A stretch of 64,000 nt of DNA from an uncultured delta proteobacterium (lineage in GTDB: Bacteria > Desulfobacterota > Binatia > UBA9968): NCBI GenBank assembly GCA_963728565.1, contig CAVSLC010000006.1, positions 32,001 through 96,000 on the forward strand, written 5' to 3'. The notes below the pieces were generated by a model. The model searched no databases. It saw nothing but the letters and a program-made list of their open reading frames with translations, and was not told where the DNA came from. Below are positions 30,399 through 39,697 of the stretch, piece after piece. Numbering within the stretch: the first letter of the stretch is position 1; each line of letters starts with the position of its first letter. A program made the position numbers and the translations under genes.

Positions 30399-30427
30399 AC
30401 CGTACGAAAAGGGGAAAATTCTGTCAA
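30399..30427 (-). promoter_or_regulatory. Sigma70-type promoter TTGACA-17-TACGGT
   Basis: Consensus -35, 17-bp spacer, upstream of the VOC gene. Confidence 0.55.
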
Positions 30428-30636
30428 GGCGCGATAATTCCGTTTCACGTATTGATGTGACTGGGATATAGGCCGTTCGGTGAAGGTTTCGGAGTCGGCG
30501 ATCAGATGCAAATGCACGAAGCTTGCACGGATCTCAAGCTACGTGCGGTTTAGCCTCGGATGAAACCAACGTAAGAAGTACTCGCGGCCACTCTAGGAAT
30601 GTTCTTTTGACATCGCCGTCTTCTTACAAACGGTTA

Positions 30637-30972
30637 CTACCGAGCGGATCCCGGGGAAAAGTATTCAACCCGGCTCACCGCAACGTCCGAGACGAACATC
30701 ACTCCCGTATAGCGGTCGAACAGAGGTTTCAAGCCGGCCAAAATCGGCTCGACTTTCTCAGGCACGACCACTGACATCAACATGATGATGCTGTCCATCT
30801 CGTTGAACATCGGATGGGCCGTGTGAAAACCGTGGTGCCCTTTTCCGGAAATGTTGTGGATGATGGTATACCCAGTGGCCTTGTTGTCGAGCAAGTCGGT
30901 TGCGAATTTTAAGTGCTCTCCCTGGATGATAATCCTGATTTCCTTCATCGGATGAAGCGTGAGATTGCTCAT
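30637..30972 (-). CDS. PII-like regulator (SbtB/DUF190-like) at the end of the DAB operon
   Basis: 111 aa; K.I.II, ATGYTIIHNISGKGHHG, GVMFVSDVAVSR. Confidence 0.8.
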   Translation of the reverse strand: MSNLTLHPMKEIRIIIQGEHLKFATDLLDNKATGYTIIHNISGKGHHGFHTAHPMFNEMDSIIMLMSVVVPEKVEPILAGLKPLFDRYTGVMFVSDVAVSRVEYFSPGSAR

Positions 30973-30984
30973 GCTGATCTCCTT

Positions 30985-33900
30985 TCAAACGAATCTCTGG
31001 GCACGAGATGAACAGTTTGGGTTCACAGCCTGCCATCCTTCTTTGGGAACGTACCGGTAAGCTAGCTGCTCTTCAGGCTCGATGGCGATGAGATATAGCC
31101 ATTGGTTATCGTACAGTCGCTTCAAATGGCGTTGGTTGCGGATGATTTTATCGATTCTTTCCCTGGGCGCCTCCACCAGGATCACGAGCCGCATCGGCTC
31201 ATGATAGGGCCGCATTCCATTCATGACCGTCTGCCAGGCCAGGCCGGTGCGCAGATCGCTCTGGGGACCGGACATAATCCCAAAGCGGCCGACTACGTTG
31301 TGGTAGATTTTGCTGCCGCTACCGTAGCCCTCCGGGTCCACTGCGGAAAAGTAATGCTCCATGTTGATCCATTGTCCGACGATCTGCGGTCCGGTCATCA
31401 CGACCTCGAGCAAGCGGCCGTCCGGATCTTCATGGTAATCGTAAGAATGCAGAAAGGCTCGGGCGTCAAGATTGATGCCGCGGGTCAAAGCGCGGCGCCC
31501 AATGATAAATGCGGCATTGCCGGATAGCCCCCATTCGGGCCGAACCTGGCTCCAGTCAGCGCTTCGGCGGTGCACCGCGCGCCAGGCTTTGGAAGCGCCC
31601 GGGCTTACCTTGATCTCGGGAAACCGAGCGCATCGCTCTTGGCGGTTGCGCGATCCCGCCGATTCAAGATCGCGGACTAGTTGGAGCAGATCCTTGCGGT
31701 GAGTGGGGGGGAGGTCTTCCAGATCGAAGAGATCGATGTCATCGGTGGTGGTATTGTGTTGTCCGGCGACGAAGTAGGTGTCCTGCGGAATGGCAATGCC
31801 GTTCTTGGCGAGCTGCTCCCGCACCAGAGGTTTGTTCGCCATGATCGCCAGCACCCTCGCGTTGGGCTTGCCCGGGTTGCCGCCACAGGCGCCGCAATCG
31901 AGAGCCGCTTCGAAAGGGTTGTTCTCGGAGGTGCTGCCATGGCCGCAGAAAAGCACGAGACGGGCGAAGTTCCGCGTCAGGCCCATCATTCTTAGCGCGG
32001 TTTCCACGGTGAAGACTTGCTCGCTGAGAGTGAACCCGGTCCGGGTGATACGCTCCATACGAGCGAATGACGCGCCCGGGTTGATGCCGTGGTTTCGCCT
32101 GAGATCTTCAACAAAGGCCGCTTCTTCTTCGCGGGAAAGCGCGGTGGAGCGCGCCTGCGGCGAGGGTTCCCCGGCGCTCTCTCCGTAGAGCGCCCGCCGA
32201 CGCAGAAACTCCAAGCGTTCCAGCGATAGATTCAGATGGCGCTCGCCGAAATTTTCCTGCAGCGCGCGGCGGGTAATGGCGCGCTGTTCCGCCGCCAGCA
32301 TTTCCTCTACCTCTTCGCGTGACAGTTTGTCTACAGTCAAAGTTGTCGCCACCGGCGGGACCAGCTTGCGCCGAAGCCAGCTCATGACGTTTCTGTACCA
32401 GGTTGGCGAAACGGTCTTGCCGACAAAGGGCAGGCTGTAAAACCAACCCAGCGACTCCACCATGACATACGGGGTGACGACATTTTCCTTAAGATCGTAG
32501 AGCAGGGTGTGTCCGGTTTCGAGAAGTTTTTCGCGGTGCCGGCGTCTGAATAGATACTGGCCTTGATAGGTGCGGGGAATCTCGCGGACCAGATTTTTGG
32601 TCTTCATGATTACCGGAAACTGATCGGTTTCATGATCGCTGCCGAGGCCCTGGTAGCGGATGAAGACGGCGAAAAAACCTGCGAAGCCGAAGGTCTCGTA
32701 ATCGCCGATCGCTTCCAAGTGACGCCGAATCGACTCCGAACGGACGTCGATGCAAAACACCGCCTGCGCTTGGTGTCGGACTTTTATTTCGTCCTGCAAC
32801 TCGCCGTGTGCCGCGGCTGGCGCAGATGGGCTTCGCCCGGAAGCGACTTCACTCCCTGGATCGAGGTTAACGGGGAGCTTGCCCAGCAGTTCTTCCTGGT
32901 ATCCCGCCTCGAACGCCTTGAGCCATATGGGCCCATGGTCCGCTTCAGGAAATCCATCGATCCACTCGAGCAGTGTCAGCAGGTTGCCGGGCTCGCTTTG
33001 CGTCAGAATGCTGGAATCATACCCCAGAGCTTGAGCGAGCGCCGACAACCGCCACGCCGCGACGACAGCCGCCGGGCTGTCCGCCTGTGCTTGGACGGGA
33101 GCTTTAGTAAATAAATTCTCGCGCCGCTGCATCTCAGTCGATATTGCGTCGATGTTGCCGTCGATGCCGAGGGCTTCACGACAGGCTTTTTGCACCAATT
33201 CACGTTCATACCAAACTCGCACCGCAAGATACTGCGCCAGATCGATCGGGTAGGCGAGCTGCCATTCATATTCACTTTGATCGGCGCGCCATTTGATGAA
33301 GCCCGCCCATCCCGATAGAGCCGCGAGGTGAAGCGAAAGATAATCCTGCCGGGCATCGGCCGGAATGCCAAGGGTTGCTAGACTTTCGAGCAGCGCGTCT
33401 TCGGGCTGCTCCGGCAATCGGGCCAGCTTCTCGCGACTGTTTTCGATTGCTCCGGGAGACCATTCCTGTTGAGCGAGCAATCTCCAGGCGGCGTAGAAAC
33501 CCTTCTCACGGCCCGGCATGGGCCAGGTGGCATGACCTTCGTCCAAAAACGCCTCGCACCATTTAACCAATTCACGATTGATTTGCTCGCCGATTTGTGT
33601 GCCCAGGGTGCGATCGCACCAGCTGCCCAGCATCAGAGTTCGACCGAGATCTCCCTGCTCTGCGCTCTCCCGCCAGCTCTGCGGCGGTTTCGCAGCCGAT
33701 GTCAGATGACTTGCCAGCGATTTGATCGCGTTGCGCTCGGGATGGTGCTCGAGCAGAGTGGCGAAACTGTCATCAGGAGGAGGAGAAAGATCTTGCAGCA
33801 TGCGGGCGCGAAGGACGGCCCCGAGAGTTACGTCATGAGCGCCTAATTGGACGTGCCGGTTTTCTGCGCGCGATTTTAGCGCGGCATCGAGTTGATCGGG

Positions 33901-34155
33901 CAGAATCCGACCCGTGCGGAAATAATCGCGAAAAACTTCAACGGACAGATACCCCTTGCCGTCGAGCAATCGCTGGGCCCGAGAAATGGCCTCTTCAAAA
34001 TGGAGATACTCCATGCCGTGTAGCGGATTGTGGTGCACGAATGTGCGCATGGGCCAGTAATCGGCAATGACCTCGCTCGCCAGCAGGATCAACGCTCGGA
34101 GCTCACTCCGCTGGGATTCGCTGTACTGTGTTGCTGCCATTTGCGTCACAGTCAT
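30985..34155 (-). CDS. dabA: DabA, DUF2309 beta-carbonic-anhydrase-like subunit of the DAB inorganic carbon pump
   Basis: FVHHNPLHG, FCIDVRSE, GFAGFF, CGHGS, ALDCGACGG, RSADWSQVRPEWGL, FLHSYD; ATGA overlap with dabB stop. Confidence 0.93.
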   Translation of the reverse strand: MTVTQMAATQYSESQRSELRALILLASEVIADYWPMRTFVHHNPLHGMEYLHFEEAISRAQRLLDGKGYLSVEVFRDYFRTGRILPDQLDAALKSRAENRHVQLGAHDVTLGAVLRARMLQDLSPPPDDSFATLLEHHPERNAIKSLASHLTSAAKPPQSWRESAEQGDLGRTLMLGSWCDRTLGTQIGEQINRELVKWCEAFLDEGHATWPMPGREKGFYAAWRLLAQQEWSPGAIENSREKLARLPEQPEDALLESLATLGIPADARQDYLSLHLAALSGWAGFIKWRADQSEYEWQLAYPIDLAQYLAVRVWYERELVQKACREALGIDGNIDAISTEMQRRENLFTKAPVQAQADSPAAVVAAWRLSALAQALGYDSSILTQSEPGNLLTLLEWIDGFPEADHGPIWLKAFEAGYQEELLGKLPVNLDPGSEVASGRSPSAPAAAHGELQDEIKVRHQAQAVFCIDVRSESIRRHLEAIGDYETFGFAGFFAVFIRYQGLGSDHETDQFPVIMKTKNLVREIPRTYQGQYLFRRRHREKLLETGHTLLYDLKENVVTPYVMVESLGWFYSLPFVGKTVSPTWYRNVMSWLRRKLVPPVATTLTVDKLSREEVEEMLAAEQRAITRRALQENFGERHLNLSLERLEFLRRRALYGESAGEPSPQARSTALSREEEAAFVEDLRRNHGINPGASFARMERITRTGFTLSEQVFTVETALRMMGLTRNFARLVLFCGHGSTSENNPFEAALDCGACGGNPGKPNARVLAIMANKPLVREQLAKNGIAIPQDTYFVAGQHNTTTDDIDLFDLEDLPPTHRKDLLQLVRDLESAGSRNRQERCARFPEIKVSPGASKAWRAVHRRSADWSQVRPEWGLSGNAAFIIGRRALTRGINLDARAFLHSYDYHEDPDGRLLEVVMTGPQIVGQWINMEHYFSAVDPEGYGSGSKIYHNVVGRFGIMSGPQSDLRTGLAWQTVMNGMRPYHEPMRLVILVEAPRERIDKIIRNQRHLKRLYDNQWLYLIAIEPEEQLAYRYVPKEGWQAVNPNCSSRAQRFV

Positions 34156-36726
34156 CTCCATGGCATGCGAGTGAAGTGCGCCAGTGGAACGGTTTCGAGC
34201 CAATCAAGCGGCATGGCGCCGAGGGCGATTAGAATCAGCAGCAGAAGCGCGAACACCGCAACCTCACTTGTTTGGAAGTCGTTATAGCGAATATCGGAGC
34301 GATGCGGACCAAACAGAAGCCGCTGCATCATTCTGAACAGATACCACGATGCCAAGAACCAGGTGAATAGAATCACCATCAGTCCCCACGTAACCGTAGC
34401 CGAAGCCTGCAGCAACATCGCCACATACGCGGAAAAAACGCCAAACGGAAGCAGGCCTACGGCGGCCATAACCAACAAAGAAAACACGGTAGCAAAGCGG
34501 GGCATCGGCGCTGCCAAACCGTGCATGCCGTGTAAAGTCAAATCGCCGTACCGCCCACGCACGCGCTGCCAAGCAAGGAGCAGTCCGGCGGAAATCAATA
34601 TTGTCGTGACCAAGTAGATGATTGATTGAGCAGCCAGGGTTCCTGTAATGCCGAGACTCCACCACAGAGCTGAAAAGAAAGCTACGCCGGCATAGGCCAC
34701 AAGTTGCGGAACTGTTGTTTGACCCAATGCTTTGAGCGATCCATACACCGCGCCGAATAGGGCCAGCAACGCTCACGGCACGAAGAGTCTCGACCGGGAG
34801 ATCCGGCATCAACTGAGCGATCCCGAACACTCCCGCCGCAGGCAGCAGCATGGCCAGCGCGATTGCTTGATATCCTGGCCGGCGCGTGAGCGCAGCCACG
34901 TAGATTCCGTGCAGGGGAAAGAGTGGCAGCAGAATAGCAATCAAGATGAATAACCCGATTTCCGCCGGCTGAGCCGGCAGCCGCGGGCCGAAGGCTAGTG
35001 CCGAGCCAATGGCGATCAAAGCCGCCACATACGGGAAGACTCTGCTCGCATTCAGGCGATCTACCTCACGTCTAAAGAGTTGAGTGAATCTTATGGCTAG
35101 CGCATCGAGGTAGAGCCGATTCATCAAAAGCAGGTAAATACGAACCCGTAAGTTATTCACCCATTCCGGCATGCCGATCGTTCGCCCATGGCTCTCCGCA
35201 TAAAGCAGAATCCAGCCAAGAATGATGACCAAGGCAAAGGCCGATACCAAGACATCGAACAATAGGACCGGTAAAGCGCCGGCTCGAAAGTGGGCAGCTA
35301 CCTCGCCCGGCGCCGGAAATAAGAAGTGCGTGAAGCTTTCCGCTGCCAGCAGATAGGTGACGACCACAAGGAAGAGCGTAAAGAGCATGCTCATAGCCAC
35401 CTTCCAAGTAGCGACCGCCCGCAGGCGATATAGTGTCAGGATGGCTTGGGAAGAGGTGGCCCAGCCGAAGAAGAGAAAGATCGTCGTTCCCTGTGAATCT
35501 CCCAATGGAATGCGCAGGATGCCATGAGCCGCCAGCAAGATGATCAACGGAAGGATCAGGGTTGCAAGAAATCCGGTGAGCCACGTTAGAATCGAAAATT
35601 GTCTTCTCTCCGCCCTCTCGATTTTGGGAGGCAGTCTAGGTTTTTGACGAGCGGCATGAATCACGTAGCCGCAATTTAAAAATATGGTGCCTTTAAACAG
35701 GCCATGGGCGATTAAGTGAAAGATTGCCAGGCCGTAGGCGCCCAGACCGCATTCCATGATCATAAAGCCCATCTGTCCAATGGTTGAGTAGCCCAGGGTC
35801 TTCTTGATGTCGTTTTGAACCAGCATCATGGAAGAACCCAGAAGAGCGGTGAGCATGCCGACGGCGAAGACCAGATGGAGCACCGCAGGATTCAGGTCAT
35901 AGAGCGGCGCCAGCCGGGTCAAGAGAAAACCGCCGGCGTTGATGATTCCGGCGTGCAGCAGGGCGGTGACCGGTGTCGGCGCGTACAGATAATCGGGCAG
36001 CCACATGTGCAATGGAAATTGCGCCGACTTGGTCATGGCGCCGATGAAAATCAATAAAGTGACGGCGGTGTCGGCGCGCATCTCGAAGCTACCGCCGGGC
36101 CCGAGAAAGAGCGAGCTTTGGACCTCGGCGGCGCGCAAAAAGAGCTGCTGAAAATCCAAGCTGCCGTACGTGCGATACGCGAGCACGATCGCGGCGAGAA
36201 AGGCAACGTCGCCGATGCGCTGCATAACGAATGTTCTAAAGGCGCCCCGGACCGTTAGTGGATGGCTGTGGTTGTGAGACAGGAGCGGCACGAGCCAACT
36301 CAGCAGTTGCCAGAATATGAAGAGCATTAGTAGATTGGAGCTCGACACCATGCCGAACAGAACGAAACCGGTAAAAGCCAGTAAGCTGTGAAAGCGCGTA
36401 TATCCGCGCTCCTGTTGCATGTAGCGGATCGAAAATAGATGGATCAGGCTGCTGATTGCGGCGATATGCACGAGCATCACGGACGAAAGTCGGTCAATGT
36501 GCAAACCGAATTGTAAGATGTTGTCGTGCCAGGGTGATAAATGAATGGTTTGTGGCCCGCGAGTGGTTACTTCGTAAAGGACCAGCAGCGAGAGCGCGAA
36601 AGAAATCACTTCCGCCGCCACGCCTATCCGGACAGCCTTAGGGCCGAGCGTGCGTCCCAGAAGGCCGATGATCAACCCCGCCGCCAACGGCAAAAGGAGT
36701 ATCAACGCAGGATAATAAGCGAGCAT
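34152..36726 (-). CDS. dabB: DabB, NuoL/MrpA-like membrane subunit with C-terminal NuoM-like extension; frameshift near 34770
   Basis: TKSAQFPLHMWLPD, APTPVTALLHAG, DIKKTLGYSTIGQMG, HLIAHGLFKG; ORF 34152..34769 supplies GLAAPMPRFA...MQRLLFG. Confidence 0.85.
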
Positions 36727-36811
36727 GATCTTGGTGTAGAACCTGTCAATGCATCATATGACGATAAAGATCCTCGTCGCGTTTAAGAAATAGCTGGCCG
36801 CGCCGCAAGCC

Positions 36812-36841
36812 AAAAAAAGCCGGCCCTTTGAAGAGCCGGCT
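36812..36841 (-). terminator. Intrinsic terminator within the 5' leader of dabB
   Basis: Minus strand AGCCGGCTCT-TCAA-AGGGCCGGCT then T-run, ending ~85 nt before the dabB ATG. Confidence 0.8.
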
Positions 36842-36890
36842 ACCCCATACCGATCCCAACTGCCTGCTTCAGGCTATCGGTAGAATGTTT
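36812..36890 (-). ncRNA. Candidate cis-regulatory leader RNA (riboswitch/attenuator) of the DAB operon
   Basis: TACCGAT/ATCGGTA stem enclosing GCCTG-AAG-CAGGC, immediately followed by the terminator; lies just downstream of a promoter. Confidence 0.55.
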
Positions 36891-36892
36891 TT

Positions 36893-36921
36893 ACCATAAC
36901 GTATGACTTTAGAGCAGTAAA
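36893..36921 (-). promoter_or_regulatory. Sigma70-type promoter TTTACT-17-TATGGT for the DAB leader
   Basis: Correct spacing; predicted start site just 5' of the leader hairpin. Confidence 0.5.
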
Positions 36922-37265
36922 GCCATTGCCATCCGCTCATGAGCCGAATAGCAGCCGCCTTTTTTTCACCAGGCAGCGAAACTGTGCTGATCAGCAAACC
37001 GGATGTCCGTCAGCTTCCTTGCCGTCCGCCAGCAGCGATGCGAAAGACCTGGACACTCTTGACGGCTTAGTTTGCGCGCGGAAATCGTAACGGTGACCGT
37101 TAGAGGGTTCTCACAAGCTTGCTGTGCCGGATGCTGAAGAGTTTAGTTCAAATGAAAGCGCCATCAGACGTGCCGTGAAGAATGCCAAGTCGACGGACTA
37201 TGTCTATCCCCGTTCTCGCTGGAGAGGTTCGGCCATGCCGACGCGCTGGATCGATGAAGCAAGTG

Positions 37266-37311
37266 CGTTCAAGCCGTTCAAACAGTTCAAATCGTTCAAA
37301 ACGTTTTGAAG
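37266..37311. repeat. Periodic repeat family B half-element
   Basis: CGTTCAAGCCGTTCAAACAGTTCAAATCGTTCAAAACGTTTTGAA (9-nt period). Confidence 0.7.
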
Positions 37312-37735
37312 GATGGCGTGACCGCAGCGGTGGCGGCGCACCGGTACCTTACGAATATTTGAATTGAGCCGGGTCAGTCATTGCTCCGCGGCTGCTCATC
37401 TATTCCAACTCCGCTTAGGCAGGCTGCCTGCGACTATCGTCATAGAATTTAGAACCGATAACGACTAGTGTTGCGTTTCCGCGGATATTGGGTTCTTTTC
37501 TTCTCCAAGCATCAGCGAATCAAGATGCAGCGATCTGTGGGAAACGGCCGGCGAACATCAACTGCGGGATCCCGCGGATCCGGTCCATGTTTGTCCATCC
37601 CGATGATTCGACCTCACGGTTGCGGCGCATGGATGACTTGCATATAACGGACGAACAACCTGAAAAAAATCTTTATGCCATTTTTTGTATGAGAGTCTCA
37701 CACAAACACCTGGTCACTTAGGAGGATGCAGTCCA

Positions 37736-38272
37736 ATGGCAATGCTCAAGATGCTTGACCCAAGAGCCGCTGTAAATCCCGAAGAGCGGCCTCTGATGCG
37801 GGGGTTGGATTCGCTGGAAGGGAAGGTGATCGGCATAATCGACAATGGCCAATCGAATTCCACGGCGATGTTTCAAGAATTGGCGAAGTTGATGCGGGAA
37901 AAATTTCAAACAGCGGAAGTAGTTTTTAAAACGAAGCCTTCGCATATGCAGGGAGCGCCCAAACCGATTATTGAGGAATTTGTCAGCCGTTGTGATGCCG
38001 TGATCACCGGGTTGGGAGCTTGAGGGTCGTGCACGTCGTGGAGTGTCCACGACGCCATCGAGCTGCAAAAAAAGGGAAAGCCGACAGTGACTCTGTGTCA
38101 ATCGATTTTCATGGAGCTGGCCAAGACCGAAGCGAAGTTCTTTGGGCTCGCTACGCTTCCATTGGTGGAAATTCCTCATCATCCAAGCGGCGGCGCCAGG
38201 GCCGGCGAGCATCGCGCCGATGCCGAAGGAGCGGTGGATTCGGTGCGCCAGCGGCTGGTGCTGGCGAAATAG
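37736..38272 (+). CDS. UGSC-family selenoprotein (in-frame TGA 38021-38023 read as Sec)
   Basis: ORFs 37685..38023 and 38087..38272 share a frame; readthrough gives CDAVITGLGA-U-GSCTSWSVHDAIELQKKGKPTV; RBS AGGAGG. Confidence 0.88.
38034..38054 (+). promoter_or_regulatory. Bacterial SECIS-like hairpin
   Basis: CGTCGTGGA-GTG-TCCACGACG, perfect 9-bp stem starting at the 11th nt after UGA, G-containing loop. Confidence 0.8.
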
Positions 38273-38456
38273 AGGCCAGCACTGCCAGGTCAAACATAGC
38301 TGGATAAGAACATCGACGGAGTAATGGAGATGATTGTAAAAGCCCTCAGGGCGGTCCCCTAGCTCAATCCTTCGCCGCAAGGCGGAAGGAAGAAGACGCC
38401 AACCGCGAACACCCGGGCACAAGACCGCTCGTAAGCAGGTACTTAGGAGTTTGCTG

Positions 38457-39524
38457 ATGACGACCCTCACCTCACCAATCATTGAAGTCGAAGACAGTTG
38501 GGAAGCGGCCAACGATTGGTTCTGCCGTGAAAAGCTGAGCGATGGTTTACCGATCGTACCACCGACTCCGGAGCGCGTGACGAGAATGCTCGAGGGCGCC
38601 GGCCGTGATCCGCAGGAGGTGATCGGCCTCATCCCGCCAAAGTGGGCGCCGGCAAGCATAGAAAAGCTGGCCATCAACGCCGTTATGGCCGGATGCCTGC
38701 CGGAATACTTGCCGGTGATTATTGCCGCTGTCGAAGCAATCTGCGAGCCTCGGTTCAATCTCTACGGCGTGCAGGCAACCACCGGGTACGTCGGTCCGGC
38801 GCTGCTTCTCAACGGTCCGATCAGGACCGCGCTCAACGTCAATTGCGACTCCGGCGTGTTCGGGCCTGGTTTTCGAGCGAACGCGACCATCGGCCGCGCG
38901 ATTCGCTTGATACTCATCACGGTCGGCGGAGGTTATCCCGGCGACACCGACCGATCGACCTTCGGCTGGCCCGGCAAGTACACCATGTGCTTCGGTGAAA
39001 ATCAGGAGAAAAGCCCCTGGGAGCCGTATCACGTGGAAATGGGTTTCAAGCCCGATGACAGCACCGTGACCGTTTTCGGCATCAATGGTTTCCTGCCGAT
39101 TCACACTGCCGGCAATCGCGGCGAGCAGGCGCTCTCCTCATTGGCCGAAGTCTTAAAGATGCACCATGGCGTGAGCCATCTCGATGTCGGCAGCTTCGGA
39201 GGCGGAACGCCGCTCATCGGCCTCGGCATCGAAGACGCGGAGATCATGGCTCGGGACGGCATCACCAAGAAGCAAGTTAAGGATTATCTCTGGGAGCATG
39301 CGTCGTTGAACTTTACTGAAGTGCCCGCACGGCGCAAGGGACATAAAGGTGATGATGAGCTGCTGCGCGAATCGCCAAACGTCACGCCGGACGGGGTCGT
39401 TCACCTGTCGACCAAAGCCGAAGATATTATGGTCGTGGTGCTCGGCGGCAAGCACCGCCATTCGGTCTTCCTGCCGATGTGGACCGGCCGGAATACTTTG
39501 TCGGTGATTAAACCGATTCGATGA
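38457..39524 (+). CDS. Conserved hypothetical protein, usual neighbour of UGSC proteins
   Basis: SDGLPIVPPT.ERV, EKLAINAVMAGC.PEY, QATT, GFRANATIGRA. Confidence 0.8.
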   Translation: MTTLTSPIIEVEDSWEAANDWFCREKLSDGLPIVPPTPERVTRMLEGAGRDPQEVIGLIPPKWAPASIEKLAINAVMAGCLPEYLPVIIAAVEAICEPRFNLYGVQATTGYVGPALLLNGPIRTALNVNCDSGVFGPGFRANATIGRAIRLILITVGGGYPGDTDRSTFGWPGKYTMCFGENQEKSPWEPYHVEMGFKPDDSTVTVFGINGFLPIHTAGNRGEQALSSLAEVLKMHHGVSHLDVGSFGGGTPLIGLGIEDAEIMARDGITKKQVKDYLWEHASLNFTEVPARRKGHKGDDELLRESPNVTPDGVVHLSTKAEDIMVVVLGGKHRHSVFLPMWTGRNTLSVIKPIR

Positions 39525-39697
39525 TAACGGGCGCTGGAGCGACGGAGCGGCTCGCCGCTTACATTCGAGAGACCGCCGATTTCCTCTATATAGCCATTGC
39601 GACGGTGGACACGCTATAACCCCGAAGTACAGCGACCCTGTGTATCGGCATCCGGCACTGGCGAAACTGGCTAAGAGCTAAACGGAGGACCCTGGAG

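Noticed and set aside
30137-30517. 126-aa minus-strand ORF
   Set aside because: No recognisable family, overlaps the VOC start, and spans a promoter and terminator-like leader.
36874-36897. Leader peptide MVKTFYR upstream of dabB
   Set aside because: Its ATG overlaps the predicted -10 box and has no RBS, so it is unlikely to be in the transcript; not fully excluded.
37718-38758. 346-aa minus-strand ORF and other long antisense ORFs (e.g. 4818..5666, 18457..19386, 41741..42661)
   Set aside because: Shadow frames opposite well-supported genes in GC-rich DNA.
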